The notes beneath the pieces were generated by a model. The model made no database searches and was not told the origin of the DNA. It was given only the letters and a program-made list of their open reading frames with translations. Made by a program: the position numbers and the translations under genes. Positions 63,801-64,000 of a stretch of DNA of 64,000 bases are shown piece by piece; within the stretch, counting starts at the first letter, position 1, and each line of letters begins with the position of its first letter. The stretch is from Trypanosoma brucei (lineage: Eukaryota), in the NCBI GenBank assembly GCA_000002445.1, contig CH464491.1:4512001-4576000 (forward strand), written 5' to 3'.

Positions 63801-64000
63801 TAATACTTTCACAAAAGTGGGGAAGACTAAATGCACGCTAGAAATATGAGCAGTTCAAGGACGGTGATTGTGATTTTCGAGAAAATAATGTAAGGTGAAC
63901 GAAAAAGATAAATATTATTACAGGAAACGGTAAAAAAAAGATGAAAAAAGGCAATATGCAGAATTTGAAGCATAAACATAACGATAGATATAAAGCTATA

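Overview
This window is not a prokaryotic locus. It reads as nuclear subtelomeric DNA from an African trypanosome of the Trypanosoma brucei group: a silent variant surface glycoprotein (VSG) gene array.

**Basis for the identification (all read directly from the sequence):**
- There are about 17 VSG-like coding units. Each has a signal peptide, a Cys-containing N-terminal domain, a C-terminal domain with the CKWE/CKDxxF motifs, and a hydrophobic GPI-anchor signal such as SNSFVIKKAPLLLAFLLF.
- Most units are pseudogenes with frameshifts or stops. Two look full-length and intact: 31426-32943 on the plus strand and 57823-59256 on the minus strand.
- Recurrent 70-bp-repeat elements lie upstream of the VSG cassettes. 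The core is ...GAGTGTTGTGAGTGTGTATATACGAATATTATAATAAGAG..., flanked by TAA/TGA triplet runs. One instance carries a pure (TAA)n tract of about 230 bp.
- The conserved VSG 3'UTR 16-mer (T)GATATATTTTAACAC, or close variants, sits downstream of many copies.
- A 5.2-kb non-LTR retrotransposon of the ingi type spans 35866-41050. It has APE, RT and C2H2 zinc-finger domains and an N-terminal 2A-like DVEENPGP peptide, and it is frameshifted.
- Two further degenerate ingi-related (DIRE/RIME-like) fragments are present.
- A four-member family of GT31/beta-1,3-glycosyltransferase-like pseudogenes occurs, each member sitting between a 70-bp repeat and a VSG.
- A short interstitial telomere-like tract (GGGTTAGGG ... 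CCCTAACCCTAAC) is present.
- A near-identical tandem duplication of about 5.46 kb abuts a 100-N assembly gap at 24781-24880.

**Overall layout.** Genes fall into four strand blocks: minus 1-18135, plus 18285-35630, minus 42000-60660, plus 60700-end. A retroelement or retroelement relic lies at or near the first two switches.

**Novelty.** This is a well-described class of locus, so no wholly new system is claimed. The findings below concern this locus's particular arrangement and its decayed or duplicated components. All coordinates are approximate to within about 10 bp unless they come from the ORF track.
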